Positions 39,591 to 53,452 of a stretch of 64,000 nt of DNA are shown here, one piece after another (the stretch's first letter is position 1; every line of letters starts with the position of its first letter). Source of the DNA: Octopus vulgaris. Its lineage: Eukaryota. The stretch is from positions 20,336,001-20,400,000 of the forward strand of contig OX597818.1 of the NCBI GenBank assembly GCA_951406725.2, in the 5' to 3' direction. The notes under the pieces are model-generated. The model was not told where the DNA came from. It saw only the letters and a list, made by a program, of their open reading frames with translations, and did not search any database. The position numbers and the translations under genes are program-made.

Positions 39591-39636
39591 CCTGAAGACA
39601 CATGTTTCTGAGTGCATTGCTCATCGTCAGTTCAGG
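39591..39636 (-). ncRNA. type-I hammerhead ribozyme with canonical core
   Basis: CCTGAA-CTGACGA-TGAG-CAATGCA-CTCA-GAAA-CATGTG-TC-TTCAGG. Confidence 0.88.
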
Positions 39637-39749
39637 TTGGCCTGCTTCACTCGCTGAGATGACTGCAACTTCTCTGCAAATATATCATATTATCAGTAAA
39701 ATTTAGTTACTGATCACCGAAATTAGAAATATTGAATTTCTAAATGCAC

Positions 39750-39793
39750 CTGAAGACATATGTTTCTGAGTGTACTGCTCATCGTCAGTTCAG
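39750..39793 (-). ncRNA. type-I hammerhead ribozyme with canonical core, second tandem copy
   Basis: CTGAA-CTGACGA-TGAG-CAGTACA-CTCA-GAAA-CATATG-TC-TTCAG; perfect palindrome ACATATGT. Confidence 0.88.
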
Positions 39794-40028
39794 AAACATA
39801 TGTCTTCAGGTGCCTTGTCTCGGCTTGCGGGGGTGATTGCCTCCCCTTTGCAAATATAAGGACACAGAAAATGTGTCAAAGCCGACAGGAGACGTCGATG
39901 TTTCCTAGGGCTAAATGGCGGTGGAATAATTCTCATACGGGACTGTCACGTTGAGTTGACAGTATACGACCACTATATCGCTTCACCACCGCTTATGTCT
40001 CTCTGAGACATTTAGAAATTCAATATTT

Positions 40029-40151
<123 letters not shown>

Positions 40152-40256
40152 TAATCCAAACATGAAAACACAAAGAGGAAACACAACAACGCGAGGCCGT
40201 GGAACAAATATTGTATTATTGGACGCTCAGGAAGGAAGGAAAGAAGTATGCTTATA

Positions 40257-40365
<109 letters not shown>

Positions 40366-40409
40366 GTTGAGATAAACTTACTTGGAAATAGATGCAGATG
40401 TATATAAAC

Positions 40410-40458
<49 letters not shown>

Positions 40459-40653
40459 CATACATTTATATATATATATATATGTATATATATACATATA
40501 TACATACATTTATATATATATATATATATATACATGCATTTATGCACATATATACATATAAATCTCTATATTTGCATCTATACATATACATCTAATCATA
40601 TACATCTCTCTCTATATGTATATACATATATACGTACATATATATATATATAC

Positions 40654-40696
<43 letters not shown>

Positions 40697-40914
40697 TATA
40701 TACACATGTATACATATACATCTATACTTATACATCTATACATATGCATGTATGCATATACATCTATACAAATACATCTATATATATATGCATATATCTA
40801 TGTACATACATATGTGCAGGTGTATATATACATATATAGATTCATGTATACATATATATTTACGTATTTGTGTGTGTGTGTGTGTGTGTGTATGTGTGTG
40901 TGTGTACATGTATA

Positions 40915-41180
40915 TATGTGAGATAATAGTTTCAGTACTAAAACTGAAAATCACATTAAGATAGAGATGTTATTGTTTCACTTTTGACACGTAATATTGA
41001 AATAGTGTAAGAAATATGAGATTTCTCTGGGCTCGCATTAGGCAAGAAGTTTAGTCCATGACACTGCATGGATCCTAATTAAGGCACGTATAAAATTTGA
41101 ATGAAATCGGTTGGGTAGTTCTCGAGTTTTGGTGATGCACACATACAGACAGGCAAACACATTCTCAGCTTTATATATAT
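40915..41180 (-). mobile_element. dispersed repeat (Helitron-like 5' region), homologous to 215-480 (+)
   Basis: Shared TATAAA.CTGAGAATG..TGTGTGCATCAC.AAAACTCGAGAA..ACCGATTT.ATTCAAATTTTA..CTTCTTGCCTAA..ACTGAAACTATTATCTCACA. Confidence 0.6.
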
Positions 41181-41185
41181 GTATA

Positions 41186-41610
41186 TTCCCTACTTGTAAT
41201 TTGCTTCCTCTCTTCATGTTTTATTTCATTTGCCTCCAGTATTCCCAAACACTTATATCACTTCTTTCTCAACTGGTTTCATTGTTTTCCTATTTGGCAA
41301 TATCAATTCCCTGGCTTCCTTCAAATCTTCTTCGTTTCATTATCAATATTGCGTAGTTGGCAACCCCCAATTTTATATTTACATTTTGAAAAATGCTAAC
41401 AGTGTGTACAAGGCGTTCAAGCTGCTTTTTATTTTTCGCATAAAGCTTTATATCATCCATAAAAAGGGGATGGTGTATCTAACCATATCCTTTTCCCAAA
41501 TCATAAGCTATTTGAATTTCTCGTAATATATGACATAGTGGTATCATGATCAATACAAATAGTAATGGAGATAAGCTATCGCCTTGAAATATACTACATC
41601 TGATGGGGCC
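41186..41610 (-). pseudogene. non-LTR RT fragment (Dong/R4-like)
   Basis: IFQGDSLSPLLFVLIMIPL ... FMDDIKLYAKNKKQLERLVHTV, with frameshifts. Confidence 0.75.
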
Positions 41611-41611
41611 C

Positions 41612-42390
41612 TACCGGTTCGAGACAAACACTACAGGCATGGATGTGCTGTCAAATGAGCTTGTTTGAGGTGCACAGAGAGCGACGAAACCGTTCTGCAC
41701 GCACTCGTACAATGTCCGGGCATTACTGACTTGTGGAGATATGTCGAACACCTGCTGTCCCGTGAGGGACGAATTTGTCTGCCGGCTGACTTCATAGTGA
41801 TGATTGCCCCATCATCCTCCTTTAATTGAGCAGGTAAGGCAATTTTCCTTTGCCTGGTGGTTGTGGCGAAAAATGTTGTCTGATGGACGAGTTTGAAGAG
41901 TGAGGACAGAAACTTTCCTCTTCGGTAGAGCCCTCATCGATGTTTTCAAGTTTAACTTAAAAGGGAAAGTGAGGGTGGGAGAGGGAGAAGCTGTCCCCGA
42001 GTGAATTTAAACTAAGGGTGGATGAAAGTTGCGAAAATGACAAGAATGGATGATTCTGCTCTAAGTGTAGGCCTGTGACTCAGAAAAATGGAATTCGAAA
42101 GGGCATTTACCCTTGATGTTCAAGGAAAACTTGGACGGTGGAGTTTCCTGATTATCCCTAGAAATCTTCCTGTGTCTGGAGGACCACGTTATTATTATAC
42201 ATTTTTCTTCCTTTTTATTTTACTGTTGTACACGATGTATTCTTCCCTTCTTTGTTTTATTGTATACCATGTATACTTAACTTTTTCTTATCATTTCATT
42301 ATATGTAAACCCCCAACACTTTATGTCTGTTCTTGTTTTGTCCCCCTCATCCTTCATCCCTGTGGCAAATTGAAGAAATCATCACCATCA
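41612..42390 (+). mobile_element. L1/Tx1-like LINE 3' fragment
   Basis: CCHC motif CLRCTESDETVLHALVQCP, C-terminal KGKVRV, T-rich 3' UTR ending in (CAT)n. Confidence 0.7.
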
Positions 42391-43046
42391 TCATATTTCT
42401 TACTGAGTATGTTCCTGATATTTAGAGCAGAGAAACGTTTAATATACAGTATGTTCACTTACAAAGTTATGTGATAGAGAAAAAGGGGAAGAAAGACAGA
42501 GAGAAAAAAAAGGAAAAAAATAAAAAGGTAAACAAAGAAAATAAAGAGGAAAAAGGGAAAGAAATTTCATAGTGACAATGCTCTTCTCAAAACGTGTGAC
42601 ATAGCAGTTAAGACAATCTTTTGCATTCCCTGCATTGGTGGTGGTGGTGGTGCGTGTGTGTGTGTGTGTGTGTGTGTACATGTATATATGTGAGATAATA
42701 GTTTCAGTACTAAAACTGAAAAATCACATTAAGATCGATATGTTATTGTTTCACCTTTGACACGTAATATTGAAATAGTGTAAGAAATATGAGATTTCTC
42801 TGGGCTCGCATTAGGCAAGAAGTTTGGTCCATGACACTGCATGGATCCTAATTATGGATCATGCTTAAATAATTTTCTCTTCCTTACATAATTTTCAGCT
42901 CCTACAATCACTGGTATTGTAACCGTCTTGAGATGCTACATCTTTTCGATTTCGATTAGCAGATCTTTACATTTTCTGAGCTTATCAAATTCTTTTGCCG
43001 AGATATTATGGTCACAGGGTATGCTCAAGTCAATCAGGTCTTTCTA

Positions 43047-43048
43047 TT

Positions 43049-43093
<45 letters not shown>

Positions 43094-43094
43094 A

Positions 43095-43146
<52 letters not shown>

Positions 43147-43164
43147 CATCATCATCATCATCAT

Positions 43165-43198
<34 letters not shown>

Positions 43199-43211
43199 GT
43201 CATCATCATCT

Positions 43212-43290
<79 letters not shown>
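43047..43290. repeat. compound (TTG)n(TTA)n(TCA)n(TTA)n repeat
   Basis: Directly visible. Confidence 0.95.
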
Positions 43291-43300
43291 CAGTATCTAA

Positions 43301-43535
43301 AGGCGGCGAGCTGGCAAAATTGTTAGCACGCCGGGCGAAATGCTTGGCGGTATTTCGTCTGCCGCTACGTTCTGAGTTCAAATTCCGCCGAGGTCGACTT
43401 TGCCTTTCATCCTTTCGGGGTCGATTAAATAAGTACCACTTACGCACTGGGGTCGATATAACCGACTTAATCCGTTTGTCTGTCTTTGTTTGTCCTCTCT
43501 GTGTTTAGTCCCTTGTGGGTAGTAAAGAAATCGGT
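43301..43535 (+). mobile_element. SINE family B
   Basis: High similarity to the 33785 and 62108 copies. Confidence 0.85.
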
Positions 43536-43544
43536 ATTTTGTTA

Positions 43545-44268
43545 AGGAAACGAAACCGTCCTGCATTAAGTCGTTCAGTGTCCATGTTTTAGAAAGTTGT
43601 GAGATTGTGTGGAGCTGTCATTGTTGCATGTAAGACGAATTCAGTTGACTGCCGAGTGTATAGTGAAGATCGATGCACCATCTTCCCTCGGCAGAGAAGG
43701 GAGGCGGATCTTTCTCTGCTTAGTTGCTATGGCAAAAGAGGCTGGTGTGGTGGACCCGTCTGAAAGCTTTGAAGACAAGCATTTTCCTATTTGCCCAAGA
43801 CCTCATCAATTTTTTCAAATATTGTTTGAAGGAGAAGGTGAGGGTAGAGAGGGAGTTGCCTTCTAGTATGTTTATCAAAAAGTGGTCGACAGTGGCAAGA
43901 CTGGTGAGACTGAATGGTTCTACTCTGAATATGCTTTTCTAAGCAGGAGGAAAGAAACTAGAAAAGAACACTTTCCAATGCCTTGGGGATAGCAGAGTAA
44001 CCCGGGATTTTTGCGCAGGGTTACTCTGGATTACCTTAAGTGGACTGCCCAGATAGTGGGGATTCTATTTATTTATTTATTATTTATTTCTCTAATTTCT
44101 GTTTGATATCCTTTGTTCTATCCTTTAATGTGGTAGTATCTTCCTTTGATCGATGTAAACCCCACCTGTTTCTGTCTTTATTTTGTTTCCTGTGTTGTAA
44201 CCCGTACTTCGATATTGTCCTCTATATGTTGGGCCCTTGAGGCCAATAAAAGAAATTATTATTATTAT
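43545..44268 (+). mobile_element. L1/Tx1-like LINE 3' fragment, second diverged copy
   Basis: ETVLH*VVQCP; LINFFKYCLKEKVRVERE..FIKKW; AATAAA then (TTA)n tail. Confidence 0.7.
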
Positions 44269-44648
44269 TGTTGTTCTTACTAGTGCTGCTGCTGCTTAAC
44301 CCCAAATCTGTCTTTCCCGCCAGCCCTATCACCAAGGATGTTCTAGATGCACAAATCTACATATCTAGGATTACACTATCCATTGTGATTCTCCTTCTCC
44401 ACAACGATTGGTTATAATTTGTGAGAGATTTAGTTTGGCATTAAGAATCCCACGATAACTCGCTTAGATATGTGTTGTTAATGACGAAAGGAAATCGACG
44501 TTGTTGTTACAGGTGTATTTCCTTCATATATGTTGGCAATTGTTTAAAGATCTCAGGGTTATTTAAACTTGAAACACAAAAAGTAAATATACACTCTTAC
44601 ATAGAATGTGACTTATATCGAACGCGTGCGCGCGTAGATAGATAGATG

Positions 44649-44749
<101 letters not shown>

Positions 44750-45119
44750 AAGGACAGACAGCTAGATAGAGAGACAGATAATTTAGACACCAATTGTAAA
44801 TGTTTAATTGATTTTTAGCCACGGTGTGCAGAAGTGACTATATTGCTCATACGTGTGTATAGACATTAGTCAAAACCAATGCGGAGTCGTTAACTGGACA
44901 GGTATACATATTCGTGTTAATTTGTTCCCGGAGACCGCTCGTAAAGCGAAAAATCGTAAAGTAAGGCAATAATTTCCCGTAGTAGCAATGTTATAAATCG
45001 TAATTCGTTCCTAGAAAAATATTTTACCTATAAAATTTATAATACTCGTAAATAAATGACAATAAAACAACAGAATGTAAAGAATATTTTATGTAACGTA
45101 AAAGAATGTCAAGAACATT

Positions 45120-45230
<111 letters not shown>

Positions 45231-46324
45231 TATTATTATTATTATTATTATTATCGTTTTCTGAATCACTTTCACTCGCTCATAGACATACTTGTAAGTT
45301 TCTTTTTTAAAAAACAAGTGTTGAGTTGTTTGCTTAGAATAAGCCTTAGAAGAAGCCCCTATAAATTACTCGGTAGTTCGCAGAAGCATTTGTTATGGTA
45401 GTAAAAACGTTTGCACTTCGTTCACAGAATGGCTGTTTAACCTTTTTATATCTATCATAAAATAAAACTCGTAAAGCGGATCCTCGTAAAGTGAGGTATT
45501 ACTGTATTAGTAAACTGAATGGTTGTTTATCTACAAGTGATGTTTGAACTTGCAGACCTGTATTCAAAGAAACCCCAGCCGTGACAACGCCATTTTTTAT
45601 ATTTTTTCAAATACAGCGTATCAAACACTACAGAATTTTCTACATTTTAACTTCTTGCTTGTTATGTGTATCACATGTAATGCACAGGACATATTTCCTC
45701 GGCGTCCAAGCATCATGTGTGATACACATTTTCTATGCTTTTCAACTACTAGAGTAACTTGGATCTCATGAAAGGAAAGCTTCATATTATTCAGAACGTA
45801 TGAAACAAGAGCTAAGTAAATGTCTGAAAACAAGTATAGACATTGAGGACAAAGTTATGAAAATGCTTTCAACTAGTAAAGAGTTAATCACGCAGAGTCT
45901 ACAAAATGCGACTCAAACAATTCATCTGTAGACACAGGGTGTCACATACTGAATGCATGAAAAAAAAAATGCTAAATCATCACTGGAGTAATATTTAACT
46001 GGAAAGTTGATCCTCGATGTTCATCTATTCAATTATCTCTGTTTTGCGACACAAAATAACTTCTATTAGAAAATTATTGTTCTTTCCTCTTTTGCTTCTT
46101 GCTTCAGTCGTTGGACTGCAGTCTTAATGGGATTAAAAACCGCCTTGGACGGTTTTAATCGAACAAATCGACTCCAGTACTTATTGTTAAAGTCTGGTAC
46201 TTCGGCCTCTTCTGCCGAACAGCTAGATTATGTGAACGTCAACAAAGAAACACAGGTTGTCGTTGTCATGTGGAGGATGGACAGATACAAACACATTGAC
46301 GCACACTTGTATATTTGTGTGTGC

Positions 46325-46396
<72 letters not shown>

Positions 46397-46483
46397 AGAG
46401 TTTACGAAAAAAACAAAAGACGAAGACAGGTGGTGTACAAAACAAACAGATGTATTAGTATAACGCTCAGGAATAGAAAAAGT

Positions 46484-46519
46484 CTTTTACGTTTCGAGCC
46501 TACGCTCTTCTACAGAAAG
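46484..46519 (-). ncRNA. minimal hammerhead motif (A6>U variant)
   Basis: CTTT-CTGTAGA-A-GAGC-GTAG-GCTC-GAAA-CG-TA-AAAG, in a fragment starting right at a (TA)n tract (46393). Confidence 0.65.
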
Positions 46520-46613
46520 GGGCACAGAAAAAACAAGGAGAGAAACAAGGAGAGAAAAAAAGGAGAGAAAAAAGGGAGAGAAAAAAATGTGTGTAGTGAC
46601 TAACGATCTATCA

Positions 46614-48146
46614 TCTCTTATTATAAAAGGCAGATTTTATCTGCCTCCCTTTGGGAGTTATACAAATCTACAATATAGGATTTCTTCAATTACAATTTAC
46701 CTAGCATTTTTAAGAGTACAATGCATCGCGTCATGCCAGGTCCAGTTTTTAAAATTTAAACTCCAATTAAGCAAAATTTACAGAAAACTCACATTCTGGT
46801 GTGTGTGTCAAATGCTTTTCTTAGTCTGGTTTACACCACACGCAAACGCACACACACAGTGTGCAACGAATAAAATGAAAGTAAATAGCGACAGAGTGAT
46901 TTGAGGAAGACTAAACTGAAAGTATATACGACAGTGTCAATTGTTGACAGACATTGTAAGCTAACGTGTGTGTGTGTCTGTGTGTGTGTGCGTGTGTCTG
47001 TGCGTGTGTGTCTGTGTGTGTGTGTGTGTGATATTTTAATATATCACTCCGAAAGCATTGATGTACATGTGTGCGTGCGTGAGTGTGTGTGTGTCATTCC
47101 TCACACACGCATACACATACATATACAACTACATACAACTACATACACATACAACTACATACAAACACGTGTGTGTTTGTTATTAGTAAAAAAGGCGCCA
47201 AATCACAACTCACTTATCATTCCAACACATTTGCAAAGACACACGGACGGACAGAAAAGGTAAATTGGTTTTCATTTTACTCTGTATATATTTTATTATA
47301 TAATATTATATATAGATATATGTATATATAATTGCAGTATGAAACAGTGTTTATGTATAAACAGACGACACTTATATATAGTTATTATAATAAGAGATTA
47401 ATAAATGTATGCATCCGTTTAACCCTTTCGTTACCAAGCCGCCCGAATTTACCTATTCATATTTAAATGAGAATATCACAGCAAATCTCTTTAGTACATT
47501 CGTGAAAACACGTATTATACTTCGTAAACACTTCAACTACAGTTTTGTACAAAAATCGAAGTGTAATTTTAATTCCGTGAATTATGGGAGATTTTTTTCC
47601 GAAATTTGTTCCTATTGTGTTTTCAAAATTTGTAATTCTGACAAAAAATGGATACGAATTTCATTATATCAAGCAGTGAGTCAGAATTCGAAGGATTTTC
47701 TACTGAAGATCTTTATAAATCTAACTCTATGACTGAAAAAAAAAAGCATCTTTATATAAGAGTGAAGTTGTGTGGTGTCTGTCTGTTACGATTTAGATTC
47801 CTAACTACTCCCACATTTTGCGGTGCAGTTTAACCAAAAGCGGGTATCTTATAGTCGTGATTCATATCGAGCCCTTCTGGGTATTAGCGTGCGTCTACGA
47901 TGAGTCTACGATTTTAAAAAAATTTACCATCATATTTTTCCATTTTAATACATTTTTTTCGCTTTTATATAAGGGAAGTAACTCTCTAAAAATATCTACG
48001 ATGTGTCAACGATTTAAAAAAAAATTTACCTTAATTTTTTTTCAATTTTTAATGCATTTTTTTGCTATTTTTTGGCTATAACTCTCTAAAAATGCTTATA
48101 TAGTTATTTCCCTTACAACCCGAGCAACGCCGGGCGATACTGCTAG
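46614..48146 (+). mobile_element. non-autonomous Helitron, composite
   Basis: A|TCTCTTATTATAAAAG start; 3' hairpin CCCGAGCAACGCCGGG then CTAG|T; a second Helitron-type 5' end at 47749. Confidence 0.7.
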
Positions 48147-48388
48147 TTATATATATATATATATATATACTTTATTTAAAAGCAGCAGAACTATAACAAA
48201 AGGGTTTCATGCTCCCTTTCGTCGGACAATATATATATGCAAACACACACATAACATGAAGATGGAAGATATCACGTTTTAATAGTGGATCCCATAATAT
48301 GTTTCTGCTCCGTAATCCAGCTTGAAGTTGCTGAGTTTATATTCATATACCATTATGCAAGATTATTCTTCATAATTACTCCATACCT

Positions 48389-48469
<81 letters not shown>

Positions 48470-48470
<1 letters not shown>

Positions 48471-48817
48471 CTCTTTTACTCTTTTACTTGTTTCAGTCAT
48501 TTGACTGCGGCCATGCCGGAGCACCGCCTTTAGTCGAGCAAATCGACCCCGGGACTTATTCTTTGTAAGCCCAGTATTTATTCTATCGGTCCCTTTTGCC
48601 GAACCGCTAAGTTACGGGGACGTAGACACACCAGCATCGGTTGTCAAGCAATGCTAGGGGGACAAACACAGACACACAAACATATACACACACATAAATA
48701 TATACATATATACGACAGGCTTCTTTCAGTTTCCGTCTACCAAATCCACTCACAAGGTATTGGTCGGTCCGGGGCTATAGCAGAAGACACTTGCCCAAGA
48801 TGCCACGCAGTGGGACT
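48470..48817 (-). mobile_element. SINE family A, well-preserved copy (head continues to ~48877)
   Basis: Reverse complement of the 35615-36035 type. Confidence 0.8.
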
Positions 48818-49109
48818 GAACCCGGAACCATGTGGTTGGTTAGCAAGCTTCTTACCACACAGCCACTCCTGCGCCTATATTGTTATTCTTTTACTTGTTT
48901 TAGTAACTTGACTGCGGCCATGCTGAACCACCACCTTAAAAGGTATTAGTGGAAGAAATCGACCCCAGGACTTCTTCTTTGTAAGCCTAATACTCATTCT
49001 AATCGGTTTCTTTAACCGAACCACTAAATTATGGAGAAATAAACACACTAGCATCGGTTGTCAAGCCATGGCGGGGAGACAAACACACACACACACATAA
49101 ATATATACA

Positions 49110-49228
<119 letters not shown>

Positions 49229-49557
49229 TTAGGGAATAAATCCAAACTTACAGGGAAAAATTAGATTTAGGATTAAATCCAACTTTATAGTATAAATATA
49301 TTATATTATATTATATTAAATTAGAGATAAAACCACTATTAGGCAAATCAAACAGTGAAAAACATAAGCCAATACATAAAATTAATTAAAAAATATAAAA
49401 GTTAAAAATAAAAAATTATTTAAATAATTTAAACTTATAAATTTTTATATATATATGTATGTATATTTTTATATTTATATATTATTTTGTTAATTAATTA
49501 ATTAATTAATTTTTTTTTAAATATCAAAAGTATTAAAAGTTTAATAAAAGATAAAGA

Positions 49558-49620
<63 letters not shown>

Positions 49621-49640
49621 ATATATATATATATATTGTA

Positions 49641-50066
49641 CAAAGGAATTCCAACTCTGTTTTTTATGTTTTATTTATATTCTCTATAATATTAATGTAA
49701 AATATAGAATATATAGTATATATAGTATATATAGAAAAATGAAATGAAGTATTGATTGTCTTATTGAATAGATGAAATTTTGAATATCAAATATTAAGGG
49801 ACTAGTATAATTTCTTGCATTAAAGCAGCCTTCAAGGTCACTCCTGTCACAACCTGGGACCTTGAAGACTGCTTTAATGCAAGAAAGTATACTAGTCCCT
49901 CAATATTTTATATTCAGTAGTTCATCTATTCAATAAGACAATCAATACTTCATTTCATTTTACTATATATATATATATTATTTATACAATATATTCTATA
50001 TTCTACATTAATATTATAAAGAATATAAATAAAACATAAAAAACAGACAGAGTTGGAATTCCTTTG
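49641..50066. mobile_element. inverted pair of pLTR ends related to the full-length PLE
   Basis: Both outer ends read AAAGGAATTCCAACTCTG..TTTTTATGTTTTATTTA, similar to the pLTR end AAAGAATTCCAACCTTGTCTGATTTTCACGTTTTATTTA; (TA)n on both sides. Confidence 0.8.
49856..49899 (+). ncRNA. minimal hammerhead ribozyme; mirror copy at 49798-49841 (-) is mutated
   Basis: GGGAC-CTTGAAGA-CTGC-TTTAAT-GCAA-GAAA-GTATAC-TA-GTCCC. Confidence 0.75.
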
Positions 50067-50106
50067 AATAATATATATCCCTCTATACACAGTCATACAA
50101 ACCCCT

Positions 50107-50139
<33 letters not shown>

Positions 50140-50644
50140 TACGATGGGCTTCTTTCAGTTTTCGCCTACCAAATCCACTCACAAGGCTTTGGTCGGCCCG
50201 AGGCTCTAGAAGACACTTGCTCAAGGTGCTACGCAGTGGGGTTGAACCCAAAACGATGTATTTGATTAGGGAGAGGGGGAAGCCAACGTCTTACCTCACA
50301 GTCATGCTTGCGCCTGTTATGTATTTTAACCAATTATTGTTGTTGTTATTGTTGATGGTCTGAAGCCAACATGGCGCTGTTCTTTATACTCCATGAACTT
50401 TGATATGTTTTAGGATTCCTTTGAACAAGTTCCTTAGATTCACTGGCTAATTACAATCATCAAAGGCCAGAGAAAACCCCAATAGTAAGTCCCTAGTTTC
50501 TAGTTGATAAACACACACTGCCTGTCTTCCTCCTCCCCGCCTTAATACCTTAATACCAACATACACACATATACACAGACATCCTCACACGCGCCTCAAA
50601 TAGTCATACAGATGCAACCAAACGCAATTACAAACATACACATG

Positions 50645-50698
<54 letters not shown>

Positions 50699-50774
50699 TA
50701 CATACATACATACATACATACATACATACATACATACATACATACATACATACATACATACATACATACATACA

Positions 50775-50806
<32 letters not shown>

Positions 50807-52319
50807 CACACACATATAAACATATATACACAACACACATTGACGAGAATCTATAGAGAGTACCAGAAGAGATTATGCAATTACTTATACAGATGTACGC
50901 CTCCTTCTCCAAACAAGTACTTTATATATAATATATATACTTTATATATATGTGTGTATATACACTCATCTATTCATACATTTACACATACTAATATATC
51001 CATACACACCTACACACACACACACATAGACATACACACTTACACCTGTCTACTCAGTTACGAAAACTCATTCACACATGAACACCATATGTGCAAATGC
51101 GCATACACATGATGAAATACACACACATACACACACACACACAGACACGTGCTTATATAAGTACTTACAAACGTATTCAAGCTTAACGCACACACACACC
51201 CACACGCACATAAACATGCAAGCACGCGCACCTCTGCCCCCCACACCCTGCCCTCTCCAGCAACAGTTATATATGTGTATGCAAACTTGTGGAAATGCAC
51301 ACAAATATAGGACTGACACGCACATTTCCATAGGATGTCCGCATTCGTGTATACGCACAACCGTTCACGCATAAACATGCACACACACGCACACACACAT
51401 ACACACACACATACACAGAGTCTCTCTCTCACACACACATAAATCCGCTCTTATCCTTCCATCCATCCGTCCACACACACAAACATATATGTATAAATAT
51501 ATATATACAGATATGTGTGTGTGAGTGAGTATGTATATATATAAATATATATGTATCTATGTATCTATATACTATATGAATATATATATATATATATATA
51601 TATAAAACTATATATGTATCTATGTATCTATATACTATATGAATATATATATATATATATATAACTATATATATGTATCTATGTATCTATATACTATATG
51701 AATAATATGTATATATGTATAAATATATATAAATATATATGTATCTATGTATCTATATACTATATGAATAATATGTATATATATATACATACACACACAC
51801 ACACACACATATATATATGTATATATATATATATGTATATATATACACATATATAAACACATGTATATATATATACACGCATAAATATATGCACTACATA
51901 TGTGTGTGAGAGTGTGAGTGAGCATACGTACATACATACACAGATAGACACACACACCCAAACCCACGCACGCACGGACACACATACACACACACACACG
52001 TGCGCACACACTCTAATACGCAGAACACCATCCACTTCTAAACACTTTGATGTCGTAAATACACCCAGAGATACTGTAACAACATGAGAATTTCAAAGCA
52101 CAATATCTCGACACACTTGGGATTCGAACCTATCACAAACTTACACTCTCCCTCTTTACCAACAAAAACCCCTCCACGAAACCTATCCTTCCCACTTCAA
52201 ACTCCTCTTCCTTTTCATCATCCTACGCGTTTTAGTTGATTGTGTGTTTTCTTTCTTTCTCTCTCTCTCACTCTTCTTCGTTATTTACCCTCTCCCTCCC
52301 CTCCTCCTCTTCCTCCCAG

Positions 52320-52480
52320 TCTTCTTCTTCTTCTTCTTCTTCTTCTTCTTCTTCTTCTTCTTCTTCTTCTTCTTCTTCTTCTTCTTCTTCTTCTTCTTCT
52401 TCTTCTTCTTCGGCGTCGTCGTTGACGTCATTGTCTCCGACGACGCCACCATCATCAACATTACGACGAGCAACTCCTCT

Positions 52481-52563
<83 letters not shown>
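52320..52563. repeat. (CTT)n, (CAT)n and (CGT)n trinucleotide tracts
   Basis: Directly visible. Confidence 0.95.
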
Positions 52564-53381
52564 AGTTGTCGATGTCATCGTCTTCACGTCCATTTCCACT
52601 ATCACCACCGTCACCACCACCATCGTCATCGTCGTCTCTTCATTGCCAAATCTCAAGGCAACCAGGAAATAGCAGTCAAACCTAACTCAAATCAGATTCT
52701 ACAGTCTTAAAAAGAGAGAAGTTCCATGAGGGGAATCTAATACACGAGACGCTATTTCCGAATAAAACAGGATGGCCACAACCGAACTGTCCTTGGTATT
52801 TGGTCTGTTTTATCGAGTCTACCTTGGCACTGAACCTACACGACTACCGTCACTAACATGGCCGCCATTGCTGCCACCGCGGCCGTCCGCCATCGTCGTT
52901 GCTGCCATTATTACTACCGCCATCACTGTCACCACCACATACGCCGTCACCGTCGCAGCCACCTTTACCACTGCCGCTGCCATACCATCCTCCAATGCCC
53001 CGCTACCTCGTTACCAACTTCGCCCCTGCTACAGATTTTCATCCCTTTGCTGATCTTTTTAATCTAAAACACTAAATATAAGATGAAACCCTATTCCAAC
53101 TGAGATTTGAAAACCCGCAATTGTGCTTTCAAGCGAAGAGTCTTCAATTAAGGAGGTAAATTAGTGCAGAGCAAGGTAAAAATTAATGCAAAGATAATAT
53201 AGATTAGTGTTTCTGAAGGTGGAGCCTGCGCTCCATCAGTGGGGGCGTGGCAATATCTTGGTGGGGCGTGGGTTAATGCAGATTGAGCATAAGTATCGAA
53301 TGAAACTTGCATTAAAGTTTTAATCAGTCCCCATGGAATGTATGTATGTTTGTATTAGTGTGAGTGTGTATATGTGTGTGC

Positions 53382-53452
<71 letters not shown>

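Noticed and set aside
39565-39592. Twister-like CAAGCCGGGATAA
   Set aside because: Lacks the other twister elements and pseudoknot pairings.
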